Assembly (NCBI RefSeq): GCF_006345805.1
Contig: NC_043001.1
Coordinates: 30,008,001-30,072,000 of the forward strand
DNA: 64,000 bases
Direction of reading: 5' to 3'
Source: Octopus sinensis
Taxonomy: Eukaryota
Made by a program: the position numbers and the translations under genes. Below the pieces are notes generated by a model, which saw only the letters and a list, made by a program, of their open reading frames with translations, did not search any database and was not told the origin of the DNA. This document shows positions 1-11,980 of this stretch, piece by piece. How positions within the stretch are numbered: the stretch's first letter is position 1; each line of letters starts with the position of its first letter.

Positions 1-839
1 TTAATTTCCTCAAAAGTGAAGCATAATAGGCTCCTGCAATTGTGGTACCCTTTGCCAGGAAATCTGTCATCACTACTCCGTCCTGGTCCCAGAAGACTGT
101 GAGCATGACCTTGCCTTCTTTGGAGGGGGTGAGTCATGGTGCTTCCACTGCATTGACTGGGCTTTGGTCTCTGGATCATCATGATGGACCCAGGTTTCAT
201 CCTGTGTAATCAGTCTTTTGAAAAATTTTGACTCATCTTCTTGGCACATCTCCAAATTCACCCCGAGCACTCGACGCGTTCTTGCTTCTGGAAAGGTATG
301 AGCAACCTGGGAATCCATCTGGCAGACACCTTTTGCATATGCAAATGGTCATGAATGATAGTTTCCACAGACCCGGTACTAATCTTAACCTCATGGGCTA
401 TTTGGCGAATAATTATGCGTCGATCTTCCAAAATGGCAGCCTCAACTTGACGAACAGATGCCTCATCAATGGCAGAAGGGGGCGACCAGATCTGGGAGCT
501 GTTTCCACAGAGTTCCGACCATGTTTGAATTCACGATGCCAGCGTTTTACAAGGTCATATGATGGGGCATCATCACCATAAGTTACTTTCATTTCATCAA
601 AAGTCTCCCGTGGTGTGCGTCCTTTCAAATACAAAAACCGGATCACTGCTCGACACTCAACAGGCTCCATTTCACACTTGACTCTGTTCAAACACCTGTA
701 AATCAGAAACCACAATTAATTCAGAGCTGTAATTTGCCACTTACTCTATAGAGATATAAATGATTGCACATGCAAAATTTCAGCTAGATCAAACAACTGC
801 AAGTGGGTCAGAGGCATTACTTATTGAACGTCCCTCGTA
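1..839 (-). mobile_element. mariner DNA transposon with frameshifted transposase; 3' part is outside the window
   Basis: Minus strand begins TACGAGGG (839). ATG at 670: MEPVECRAVIRFLYLKG...RSGRP, then WIPRLL, LITQDETWVHH.DPETK.QSMQW and VMLTVFWD in shifting frames. Confidence 0.92.
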
Positions 840-1061
840 GCACCACTCCTTCATAATCTGTCTGTGAATCTTTTCACACACCCTTCATAAAAGAATGGGG
901 AATGCAAAATATGACAATATATACTGTAACATTTTTTTGTTTTGTTCTTTTTTATAAATGTTTTAAAGTTTAGTATAGTTTTCTTAGTTCAAACTAGAAT
1001 ACCTGAAAATACTAAGTACATATCACTGTGCTTTTTTTTTTCTTTGATTTTTATTTTTCAG

Positions 1062-1181
1062 ATTTTAGTACAACTGAAACAATACAAAGAAGAATTACTT
1101 GCTGCATGCCTGGCATTGGTATTGTCTCTTCCCACAGAACTTATTGTAGATCAAATCGATGACCTTTTGCCAGCTATTCAG
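1062..1181 (+). CDS. PRKDC: DNA-PKcs exon 1 in window (phase 0-0)
   Basis: ttttcag|ATT...CAG|gtaagt; ILVQLKQYKEELLAACLALVLSLPTELIVDQIDDLLPAIQ. Confidence 0.93.
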
Positions 1182-2779
1182 GTAAGTTTTGATTATTGAA
1201 AGAAAAATCCTATCCCAGCACTGATAAAAACTAGTGATAAAATTATGAAGAAATCAGTTACTATTTCATGAAGATTTGGGAAATGAAGAATTTTTCATTA
1301 TCTTTTTTTTTTAGTCATGCTCCATGCTTCTCTTCTCATCATTGATTTCATGTTCTTAAGCTTTTGCAAAATCAATGGAAGTGTTGCCTGACATCAGCAA
1401 AGTCTTTGGGCTTGTCTGGGAAGAGAACATCCAAACGAAATTACTCTTGTATTGGTTCTATGTTTTATTTCTTGGAATGGATGTTTCCTGTTGACTTTAC
1501 ACTGTCTCAGTATGTGTCAACACCCCTGCTTCTCTCTCTCTCTCTCTCTCTCCCTCTCTCTTTCTTTCTTTCTTCCACAATCTATCAACATTAATGTGCT
1601 TCAGCGATCATTATATTTTGCATATCCTACTTCTTTTTCATTAGAGATAGAGACTGGTCCTGATCCTTTACAATAGAGTGAATCCTACAAAAGATAGCCC
1701 TTTATTACAGATGCTGTCCTCATAACTCAGGCCTGGCCCACATTGCTTCCATCAACATTGTCTTTGAAAACATTCTTCAGTGGATGCATGGTGTTATAGT
1801 CTCCTGTATCACCAAAACACAATTATTACACATATCAAGGAAACAGCCTTGCACTACACTACCACCTCTAAACCACATAACAAACCCCTCAACACAGACT
1901 AAAACCCTTCAAAGGTGCTACAAAGGCTTCACAATCTCTGATATTCTCTCAAAGGAACTACATCTAAACAATACAAAGCTACACCTAAAACATCAGGTTT
2001 CCTGTTCAGAAACAGAAGATTTTCTATCTTAATCATTTGCAAGCTAACCTTATTCAAGTAGTGGAGGCACGTGGCTTAGTGGCTAGGGGTGTTGGACTCA
2101 TGATTGTAAGATTGTGGTTTCGATTACTGGACCGGGCAGCATGTTGTGTTCTTGAGTAAAACACGTCATTTCATGTTGCTCCAGTCCACTCAGCTGGCAG
2201 AAAGGAATAATCCTGTAATGGACTAATAGGGTGTGTCAATTTGTGGGAGTAAATAGGAAAATTCATAATCTACAATTTTGGTAATAATTTATTGTTACCT
2301 TTTAGAATCATCATCATCATTTAACGTCCATTTTCCATGCTAGCATGGGTTGGATGGTTCAATCGGAGTCTGGTAAGCCATGAAGGCTGCACCAGGCTCC
2401 AATCTTGATCTGGCAGAGTTTCTACAGCTGGATGCCCTTCCTAACGCCAACCACTAACGTGAGTGTAGTGAGTGTATTTTACATGCCACTGGCATAGGGC
2501 TAGAGGAGGCTGGCAAACGGCCACAATTGGTTGGTGCTTTTACGTGTCACCGACATGGACGCCAATCAGGTAGCGCTGGCATCTGCCACGTTCGGACGGT
2601 GCTTTTTACGTGTCACCGGAACAGGTGTCTTAACTACAATATAAAACAAAATTCTGGAAAGAAAAACAATTTTAAAAAACTCTTAACTACATGAATATGA
2701 ATTTGAAATTTATGTTTTGAGAATTTTGAACATAATTGGTTTTCTCCAGCATCTTTCTGTTCCAACTTTCATATAAATC

Positions 2780-3266
2780 ATATGAAGTATAATACATTCC
2801 AATATACTATTTGAAAGTAGTCAAAGCCTTCACATCCTTCTTGCTTTTGTTTCTTTACATCAGTTGCCAGCTGACTGCTTGTGCTTTGATGTAACCCTCT
2901 CGCTTACTTCTCGTGACTGTAAACATGACTCACAGCTTCAGTGACCATTTTAACACACCTCTCAACACTTTGTGTGTGTGATGGCCTTTTTGGTACTATC
3001 ATTGGTGTGTCTTTAAAGCTCTTGAGATTCTTGTTAGTTAAGGATGTTGTTGATGGTGGTTCCAATACATCAGAGCTCAAATCAACCAACTCAAACAGCT
3101 TTGTGGCATTGACATTTAATTGGGCAACTTTTCTTTGACTAAATGGGCTGTCTCCTAACTGGTCATCTTCAAATTGGGTACCACTAATTCTTAGAATGGT
3201 TTCTATAGCCTCAGTATGAAGATTTATGGTAGTGATGGGGTGCCAGAGCAAACCCTCAAGGTGCAA
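2780..3266 (-). pseudogene. C-terminal relic of a DNA transposase, possibly hAT-related (family uncertain)
   Basis: ORF 2904..3266 contains LNVNATKLFELVDL..EPP and PSHTQSVERCVKMVTEA, a pattern I recognise from invertebrate transposon-derived proteins. Confidence 0.55.
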
Positions 3267-3420
3267 GGTGAACAGAAGAGAGAATATTGACAGTGCATTA
3301 GGAGTAGTTTGTACTATTCTCCTTTGTCACTTTGTTTTTCTTTTCATTTTAGCATCTCCTTCACATCAAAAAATAGATGACATGATAAATACAATGTTTT
3401 ACTTATTTATGATTTCTTAG

Positions 3421-3577
3421 ATGTCACTTTCCATTGGTTCAACCTACCTTCCTCTTGCCAATGCTGCAATGGATACTTTGGAATACTGGAGTGAAACTTT
3501 ATCCCAAGATGCTTTGAAGACTGTTTATTCTCAAGTTTTGCCTCATTTAGATCCCTTCATTAAAACATCAGAAAGGG
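3421..3577 (+). CDS. PRKDC: DNA-PKcs exon 2 (0-1)
   Basis: ttcttag|ATG...AGG G|gtaag; MSLSIGSTYLPLANAAMDTLEYWSETLSQDALKTVYSQVLPHLDPFIKTSER. Confidence 0.92.
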
Positions 3578-3892
3578 GTAAGATAATGCTAACATATTTC
3601 ATTTGTACAATGGCATGCATTCATTCAGAAAGGAGTTACTTTATTCTACCACAATAACCTCCATCCGTTTCCATAATTTCTCAGTATATGTTTAAAAAGA
3701 CGATAGTCATCACATATCCCTAGACCAAGAAATTTTATCATGCTTTTTACTATTTAAGGCTTGGTGAGTACATTTTCACAATATATATGCAATTTTTCTA
3801 AAGAATCAAAATTTTTTGTCAATATTTCTTTCATAAATTTAAATATAAAAGTATATACTGTTTGCTATTCCTATCACTAAAACACAGCTACA

Positions 3893-4263
3893 TAGTTCTA
3901 TTTAGTTCTATATTTATGAGATGAGGAATTATGTACATTATTTACAATTGAAGAATATTTGTCCTCATCTTGTTTGTTGTTAACACAACATTTCGGTTGA
4001 TATACCCTCCAGCCTTTATCAGGTTTCTTGGGGAAATTTCGAACCTAGGTTCTCATCCCTAAGGTATTTTTTCAATGATTACGATGATGATGGTGATGGT
4101 CGTGATAGTGATGATGATGATGTTGTTGTTGCTACTGTTGTTGCTGCTGCTGTTGCTGTTGTTGTTGTTGATGTTCAGGCCACTGCCTGGAATCGAACTG
4201 GGTCATATGGTGTAGTGGTTAAGAGCGTGGGCTACCAGCCCCAAGATTCCGAGTTCGATTCCA
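3893..4263 (-). mobile_element. tRNA-headed element with a hammerhead-like tail; head segment locally inverted
   Basis: A box TGGTGTAGTGG 4208..4218, B box GAGTTCGATTCC 4251..4262, TGGAATCGAACT inverted-duplicated (4188..4199 and 4252..4263), microsatellite spacer, degenerate hammerhead core 3982..4028 (-). Confidence 0.55.
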
Positions 4264-4446
4264 TGGCCCCAGGCCAATGATTGTAATAAGTTAAAGAATA
4301 CAAGAATATATATAGTATTATATAGTATATTATAATATAATATGTATGATAATGTTATACAATATATAATAATGTAATATATAAGATGCGTTTGCTTCAT
4401 TATGATCTTATTTTCATGTGTCATTTTATGGTCCTTTGTATTCCAG

Positions 4447-4502
4447 ATTCTGATGATATTGACCTCACTAATATAGACCAAAAAAAGAAACGCTACTTCC
4501 TG
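4447..4502 (+). CDS. PRKDC: DNA-PKcs exon 3, short (1-0)
   Basis: ttccag|AT...CTG|gtatgt; (D)SDDIDLTNIDQKKKRYFL. Supplies the phase change needed between exons 2 and 4; weak protein similarity. Confidence 0.7.
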
Positions 4503-5714
4503 GTATGTCTGGTATTTAACTCCTTTAAAAATTATTCCTTGTTATTTATATGCTATCATTGACTGGAAATAGCTAAAAAGATAAAGCAAGCATGTCTTTA
4601 AGAATTTCATTCCGCAATCATATGGTTCCTGTTTTGGTCCCATTGCCGGACACTTCAGACAAGTGCCTTTTACCATAGAGTATAAACATTGATGAGAAAA
4701 CAACAAAAAAAAAACTGCTCTTCAAACGATGTCTTTTGTGACATTTGTTTCACGTTGTGTTGAAGATACTCCTAGTGTCATTCTCACCATCAAAACTGCA
4801 GTAAATCAGTGATTGGTCTATTGGTTTATGTCAACCAATTACTTTATAAAATAAACACTATCTTATAGATTGTAAGCTATAGTCCACTGAAAGCTGTGTC
4901 CCTGAGTAGGATACTGTATTCTACACATGCCTTTGCTTGAAAGTATCTGTGAAGAATGGGTACCAGTTCTTCTGAGAACAGTTACTTCTCTTAGATTAGC
5001 ATCCTTTTAGTAGTGGAGCAATTATGTTCTACACTTACATGCTCATCTTTTAATTGACAATAACAACTCCTCCACCACCTCCCCAAAACAGGACATCATC
5101 ATCATCATCGTTTAACGTCCGCTTTCCATGCTAGCATGGGTTGGACGATTTGAATGTGAGCTGGCGAACCAGATGGCTGCACCAGGCTCCAGTCTTGATC
5201 TGGCAGAGTTTCTACAGCTGGATGCCCTTCCTAATGCCAACCACTCCGAGAGTGTAGTGGGTGCTTTTACGTGCCACCAGTACGAGGGCCAGTCAGGCGG
5301 TACTGACAACGACCTCGCTCGAATTTTTTACACATGCCAATGGCACAGGTGCCAGTAAGGCGATGCTGGTAATGATAGTAAAGCGATGGGCATTCTAGAA
5401 ATAGTGTAACTAAAGGTGCATTATACAATTCACTGCCAATATTTTGTGTAAACACCTTACTAAATTCAATTAGTCTTTCTTTCTTAAATAACTACTTTTT
5501 TCTGGATGTGTTACCAGCATTAAACTTGTATTCTAGTAATTATTCCTCAGCCACTATAGAAGCTACAGCTCTTGGAGGTATTACTATTACACTAAATTTG
5601 AAAAGAAGCTGTAGGTTGGCAGAATAGAATGGTGGACTAAATGTTTTTTTGAGTTTTTACTTATAACCATTAATACTCTAAGTTAAAATCCAGTCAGCAT
5701 TTACCTTTCATTCA

Positions 5715-6112
5715 TCTTTATATATAAAAGTGAAGTTGTGTGTCTGTCTCCTACGATTTAGATTCCTAACTACTCCCACATTTTGCGGTGCAGTTTAACC
5801 AAAACCGGGTATCTTATAGTTGTGATTCATATCGAGCCCTTCTGGGTATTAGCTGGCGTCTGCGATGAGTCTATGATTTAAAAAAAAAATTACCATCATT
5901 TTTTTCCATTTTAATGCATTTTTTCGCTATTATATAAGGGAAGTAACTCTCTAAAAATGTCTACGATGAGTCAACGATTCAAAAAAAAATTTACCATCAT
6001 TTTTTTCCCATTTTTAATGCATTTTTTTGCTATTTTTTGGCTATAACTCTCTAAAAATGCTTATATAGTTATTTCCCTTACAAACCTGAGCAACGCCAGG
6101 CGATACTGCTAG
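5715..6112 (+). mobile_element. short non-autonomous Helitron-type element
   Basis: A|TC 5' end, subterminal hairpin CCTG..CAGG 6085..6100, CTAG|T 3' end, no TSD, internal ~100 bp tandem duplication. Confidence 0.7.
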
Positions 6113-6221
6113 TTTACTTACATAACCCTTTCACTTCCTTTTTTCCACTGTTTTCAACTCCAGGCTGTCTTCTGTCCTGGTTCTTGGTGGTTTTGAATTG
6201 TCATCAATGCTTCTGTAACTC

Positions 6222-6449
6222 GTTACTCTTTTACTCTTTTTACTCCTTTACTTGTTTCAGTCATTTGACTGTGGCCATGCTGGAGCACCGGCTTTAGTCG
6301 AGCAAGTCTACGCCAGGACTTATTCTTTGTAAGCCTAGTACTTATTCTGTCAGTCTCTTTTGCCGAACCGCTAAGTTACGGGGACGTAAACACACCACCA
6401 TCAGTTGTCAAGTGATGGTGGGGAGACAAACACAGACACACAAACATAT

Positions 6450-6496
<47 letters not shown>

Positions 6497-6664
6497 TACG
6501 ACGAGCTTCTTTCAGTTTCCATCTACCAAATCCACTCACAAGACTTTGGTCGGCCCAAGGCTATAGTAGAAGACACTTGCCCAAGGTGCCACACTGTAGG
6601 AATGAACCCAGAACCATGTGGTTGGTAAGCAAGCTACTTACCACACAGCCACTCCTGCGCCTAT
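6222..6664 (-). mobile_element. SINE family A (~400 bp, tRNA-like head, CORE-like CCTTGGGCAAGTGTCTT, internal (TA/TG)n)
   Basis: Same consensus recurs at 21975..22341(-), 40159..40546(+), 47278..47655(+), 52876..53283(-), 54720..55103(+), 56351..56975(+), 56985..57530(+, degenerate) and 62341..62920(-). Confidence 0.88.
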
Positions 6665-7383
6665 TTTTTTTTTTTCTTTCTAATATGGGTGTTGATATGC
6701 TAAGCCATTTTTAACATTTTTTTACCTTTGGGAGGAAGTGATTTGTATTAGTCTAGCCTCTATTCTTTGACCTGACCATCATGGGAAGCCTACCTGGAGC
6801 TTGTGCTATGCTGGCAACTCTCAGGATCATTGAACCATACAACTCATCATGCAAGGCCCAGCCACAAGGACTAGACCTTATGGCAGTTTCGTTCTTTTGC
6901 GGTTCATGAAAGAAAGACCAGTTAAGAACAGTCAATATAATCGAATATTCCCACTATCAAAATGTTAGGAATTAATCTTACATGTTAGGAATTAATCTTA
7001 CACTCTATTGTTTTTAAACTCTTTTTGAAAATATGAACATTGATGAATGGAAAGAAAAAAAAATCAGCATGAAAAATCATCATCATCATCATCATCATTT
7101 AGTGTCCATGTTCCATGTTGGCTTGGGTTGTACAGTTTGACAGGATCTGATGGGCCCAAGGACTACATCATACTCCAGTGATGTAGTTTTGACATGGCTT
7201 CTATGGCTGGATGCCCCTTCTAATACAAATCACTTTACAGTATGGACTAGTTGCATTTTTATTTTCATACCATCAGCACCATTGAGTTGCCAGAACATCT
7301 TGTCATAGTTTTATTACTGTTTATTTGTTGATATTCATATGTTTTGTTGGGGTTTTTTTTATCTCCTTTCTTTCTTTGAGCAG

Positions 7384-7576
7384 GATCCAGACTCTGAACT
7401 GAGTAAAATAAAATACAGAATTGCAAAATACCTAGGTAATATTGGTGGCAATTTTAATAAAGATTTATTAGCAAATTCTGACCAAGATGTCTTGAAGCAT
7501 GCTGTGGCCTGGGACACTAAGAAACACTTGAAATTTGACTTACCTTTTGCTGACATGAAACCAACCATTTATTTAG
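7384..7576 (+). CDS. PRKDC: DNA-PKcs exon 4 (0-1)
   Basis: gagcag|GAT...TTA G|gtac; DPDSELSKIKYRIAKYLGNIGGNFNKDLL...AWDTKKHLKFDLPFADMKPTIYL. Confidence 0.93.
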
Positions 7577-7999
7577 GTACTTTCAATCATTATATACTGA
7601 AATTTATCATTCACATACATATAGAAATATAGGGAAAAAATGTTGTTGTTACTGCTGTTGCTGCTCTTTTCATTCTCAGTTCAAATCTTACCAAAGTTAC
7701 TTTTGCCTTTTATCCTTCTAAGAGTCACAAAATAAAGTAACTGTGAAATACTATGGTTGAAATAACCAACTAATTCCTTCCTCTAAATTTCTGACTTTGC
7801 ACCTCTGGTTGACTGGCAAATTTGTTAGAGCAACAGACAAAATTCCTTTTGGTATTTTTTTCCAGCTCTTTATATTCTGAGTTCTTATCCAGGGGTCAAG
7901 TACTGGAGTTGATATAACTATACCTCCTCCCAAATTTGAGGTCATGCGTCCATGATAGAAACAATTATTATTGGATTGGTTGAGCATGAGACAAATCAT

Positions 8000-8545
8000 C
8001 ATCATTATCATCGTTTAACGTCCGCTTTCCATGCTAGCATGGGTTGGACGATTGACTGAGGGCTGGCAAACCAGATGGCTGCACCAGGTTTCAATCTTGA
8101 TCTGGCAGAGTTTCTACAGCTGGATGCCCTCCCTAACGCCAACCACTCCAAGAGTGTAGTGAGTGCTTTTACGTGCCACCGACACGGGGCCAGTCAGGCA
8201 ACGACCTCGCTCGAATCTTTTACACATGCCACCGGCACAGGTGCCACTAAGGCGATGCTGGTAACGATCACGCTCAGATGGTGTCTTTTATGTGCCACTG
8301 GCATGGACCCCAGATAGCCGCTCTGGCAATGATCATGCTCAGATGGTGCTCTTAATACCCTACTAGCACGGGGCTCGAGTGCCAGTAAGGCAATGCTGGT
8401 AACGATCACGCTCAAATGGTGCCTTTTAAGTGCCACTGGTACAGAAGCTGGTTAGCCGCTCTGTCAATGATCACACTCATATGGTGCTCTCTACACCCTG
8501 CTAGCACAGATGCCAGTCATCGATTTCGATTTCACTTGCCTCAGC
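8000..8545 (-). mobile_element. 5'-truncated RTE-clade LINE 3' UTR with (GAT)n tail
   Basis: catcatcatcgtttaacgtccgctttccatgctagcatggg... recurs about 30 times (e.g. 2307, 5094, 17218, 18555, 26605+, 27385+, 28670+, 35612, 38797, 46442, 50144, 53812, 57800+, 58294, 61583). Linked to the RTE ORF2 end by the copy at 20295. Confidence 0.85.
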
Positions 8546-9511
8546 AATATTAGATTACATTCTAAGACAGCAAGCTGGCAGAATCATTAGAACGTCAGAC
8601 AAAATGCCTCGTGGCATTTCATTCATCTTTATGTTCTAAGTTCAAATTCTGCCAAGATTCATTTTTAGAATCAGTAAAATAAGTACCAGTCAAGCACTAA
8701 GGTCAATGTAACTGACTTGCCCCCACTCCCAAAATTGCTGGTTTGTGCCAAAATTTGAAACCAATATTAGGTTACATTCTGAGTTCAACTTTTGTCGAGG
8801 TAAACTTTGCTTTCCACTTTCCTCGGTGATATAAAATATTACCAGTCATAAACTGGTGTTGATAAAATTAACTTAGCCTTCCCCCACAAAATTGTAGCCT
8901 TATGGCAAATTATAGAATCACAAGGATTATTTTTGTCTTTGGATGTCAGAATCAGTATAGCGATAGGGAAAATGCCTTGTTGTATCTCATTGCACTGTTT
9001 TATATCCTGACTTCAAATTTACCCTAGGTTTGATGTTGTCTTTCATCCTTCCAAGGTTAATAAAAATGCCAGTCCAAGTTCTAGGATCGATTTATTTGAC
9101 CAACCTTCCCCAGAAAATGTGTAATTTTATATCTATGTTAGAAATCATATATTTCTTCTTTCAATATGACTTTTACTACTGGAACACCAGGTTGAGGGCC
9201 ATGTAGTTCAGATATATGCTGTGGTTTTTATGCTTTCAGTTTATAAAAAGAACCTTATGTAAATAATGTGCTGTGCTCTTCAACTGCTATTTTGCTACTG
9301 TATGTGACTATGATCTTTTCTCTGCATATATCTTCATTACTTTCAATGCTTATTATGGGGAGAACAGTTTTTCTATTGCATTCTGTACTTATATTTTTGC
9401 TTCAAGCTTTTCATAAGTAAAGAATTATTCAGAGGATAATATTCCGAAAAAAAATGACTCCCTTAACTTTATTTCTTTCATTTGTAATTTTTATTTTATT
9501 TTTCCCCCCAG

Positions 9512-9729
9512 ATCCTTTCTTACCTCCTATTCTCGAGCTAGCTACTAAATCAAGTGACCGTCAGACCAAAGTTGCTGCCTGTGAATTCTTGCACTCTGCG
9601 GTACTGTATTCTCTTGGAAAAAGTGTGCAGAAGGGATCATCACCTGAAGGCAATTATTGTTTCTCATTTGAAGCGATATATAAAAATGTCTTTCCGGTAT
9701 TACTCCAATTGGCATGTGATTTGGATCAG
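9512..9729 (+). CDS. PRKDC: DNA-PKcs exon 5 (1-0)
   Basis: ccccag|AT...CAG|gtatgt; (D)PFLPPILELATKSSDRQTKVAACEFLHS...FPVLLQLACDLDQ. Confidence 0.95.
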
Positions 9730-10643
9730 GTATGTTTTTTTTAAGTTTCAGTCTCCTGGCCAAGATACTAAACTTTCATTATTCCATTTTCCTATTGGTA
9801 TTTAACTAATCTTTTATTCATTTGACTTTTCTTCTTTTATATCATCATCATCATCATTGTTTTAACATCCACTTTTCCATGCTTGCATGGATCAAACAAA
9901 ATTTATTAAGGCAGATTTTCTACAGCTGTCACCAATCTTTTTCTATTTCCAAGCAAGGTGATATTTCCCCATGGCCAAACATGTTTTTGCTGAGTATTGG
10001 AAATGAATGGCATTTATTTACAACAATCACATGATGTCATGACTCAGAGAGAGAGACAGACAGACACACACACACATATGAACAAACAAAGAAACAACAG
10101 GCTTCTTTCAATTTCTATCCATGAAAACTAATTAAATATTATACAGTAAAGACAACAGGGAGGGCCATTAGGCCAGCCAAGGTAAGGTAGCAAATGTGGA
10201 GGATAACTGTCTATGTGACAGACTGAAGGAAAAAAAAGATTATAATGTGAGGAAAAGCAAGATGGACGATGGTCACATGTGAGCAACAAGAGATAGTAAA
10301 GGAAGATAGTAAGGAGATAATAAAGGAGGGTAATAAAGGAGAGACAGAGATAGGCAGATAGAAACCGGTGAAGGGGAGAATAAAAAGAATTAGAGAAAGG
10401 ATGAGAGAGAAAAAGCAGAAGAGGTGAAAAAAAGAGTTAGAGAAAAGAGAGAAAATGAAAGGTGCAGATAGAGAACAGTACAGGGTAGAGTCGCATCAAA
10501 ATTATAAGGATAAACTTACTTGGAAATAGGTGCGTGGCATTCAATCATATAATAATAATATAAATAATATATATATAGATAGATAGATAGATAGATAGAT
10601 ATGCATATATACATACATATATATACATACTTACAAAGGACCA

Positions 10644-10680
10644 CTGATGTGGTCACAGGAGTGTGACGAAAGAACTCTGG
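10644..10680 (+). ncRNA. degenerate type I hammerhead-like motif (A9U)
   Basis: acca-CTGATGT-G-GTCACA ggag TGTGAC-GAAA-GAA-CTC-tgg: 6-bp stem II, short stems I and III, core A9 changed to U. Confidence 0.45.
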
Positions 10681-10804
10681 CTGAAATAAGATTAAGATTA
10701 ATGTAAAAGATAAATAACACTGAAGCAAAATAACACCAAATATATAGTGCGTGTGTTTTTATTGGCTAAACTGGCAAAATGACCATTCCGAAATATAACA
10801 ATAT

Positions 10805-10850
<46 letters not shown>

Positions 10851-11599
10851 AATATATATGCATATATGGGTACAGGACATCACAAAACATAAACAACATG
10901 AATTCCAAATTACAAAAACAACAATACTCTTCTCTATCTGCACCTTTCATTTTCTTTTTTCCCCTTCTGCCCCTTTCATTTTTTCTCTCTCGTCCTTTCT
11001 CTAATACTTTTTTTCTACTCTTCCCCATTTTCTATCTGTCTCTCTCTCTCTCTCCCTCTTCCTCCTTTACTCTATCTCATTGCTCACACATGACCATCAT
11101 CCATCTTTCTTTTCATTCAGTCTGCCACACAGACCAGACACATTCTTACCTGTCTCCTCTCCTATCCTTTCCCTTGTCAAAGACAATATTCCTCTGCATT
11201 CACTACCTTACTTCATCTGGCCTAACACCCCCCCCCCCCGTTTTTGTTTCATTTGGTTTATTGTATATCTTTACTGTCCTGTTTTTGTTACCAACTTTGA
11301 CCCTCCACAAAATCCCAAACTTTGTTTTGGTTTGCGGGTGCAACTGTTCTTCAAAGCCTCATATTGTCATGAATTGTTCAAAATGTGGAGTAGATGAGCA
11401 GCTGACAACCGATGAAGGGTCGTTCTTTATGTTACTTGTCTTGTGTTCCAATTGTTTCTCTTGTTGTTTTCATACATAATTTTGCCTGGTATTTTGTGCT
11501 GTTTTCATAATTCAGAATTCATGTTGTTTTCATATTTCATGTTGTTTACATTTCATGACATCCTGTACCCATATATGCACATACATATAAATATATATG

Positions 11600-11627
11600 T
11601 AAGTATATATGCATATATATATATATA

Positions 11628-11704
<77 letters not shown>
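11600..11704. repeat. (AT)n microsatellite, ~100 bp
   Basis: Direct reading; similar tracts at ~6460, ~10800, ~12480 and ~48955. Confidence 0.95.
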
Positions 11705-11705
<1 letters not shown>

Positions 11706-11710
<5 letters not shown>

Positions 11711-11980
11711 ACCGACCAGACCATCAGATGTTGCTACATATCACTGGTCACAATACGTTCGCATTGTTTTAGCCTTTGAATGACGCCACTCCACTGGCTA
11801 AGCGAGCAGGCCAACAGAAGAAAGAGTGAGAGAAAGAGTGGTGAAAAAGTACAGCAGGGATCACCTCGCCCTGCTGGAGCCTCGTGGAGCTTTTAGGTGT
11901 TTTTGCTCAATAAACACTCGAAACCGCGATCCTACGACCGCGAGTCCGCTGCCCTAACCACTGGGCCATTGTGCCTCCAC
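11706..11980 (-). mobile_element. SINE family D (head GTGGAGGC..TGGCCCAGTGGTTAG)
   Basis: Related copies at 2061..2228(+), 22718..25562(-, interrupted by a LINE), 33362..33630(-), 41612..41866(-) and 49503..49830(+). Confidence 0.75.

Noticed and set aside
1690-2035. Possible old LINE RT fragment (KTQLLHISRK)
   Set aside because: Only one short motif is recognisable, too degraded to call without a search.
4201-4263. tRNA gene (also the SINE heads at 2061, 11980 and 49503)
   Set aside because: A and B boxes are present, but there is no complete cloverleaf or acceptor stem and each continues into repeat body sequence.
4449-4500. CTGATGA...GAAAC within exon 3 as a hammerhead
   Set aside because: No stem II adjacent to the core and no stem I or III; chance match in coding sequence.
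10898-11479. 193-aa ORF
   Set aside because: Low-complexity pyrimidine-rich sequence inside an inverted-repeat relic, with no recognisable domain.
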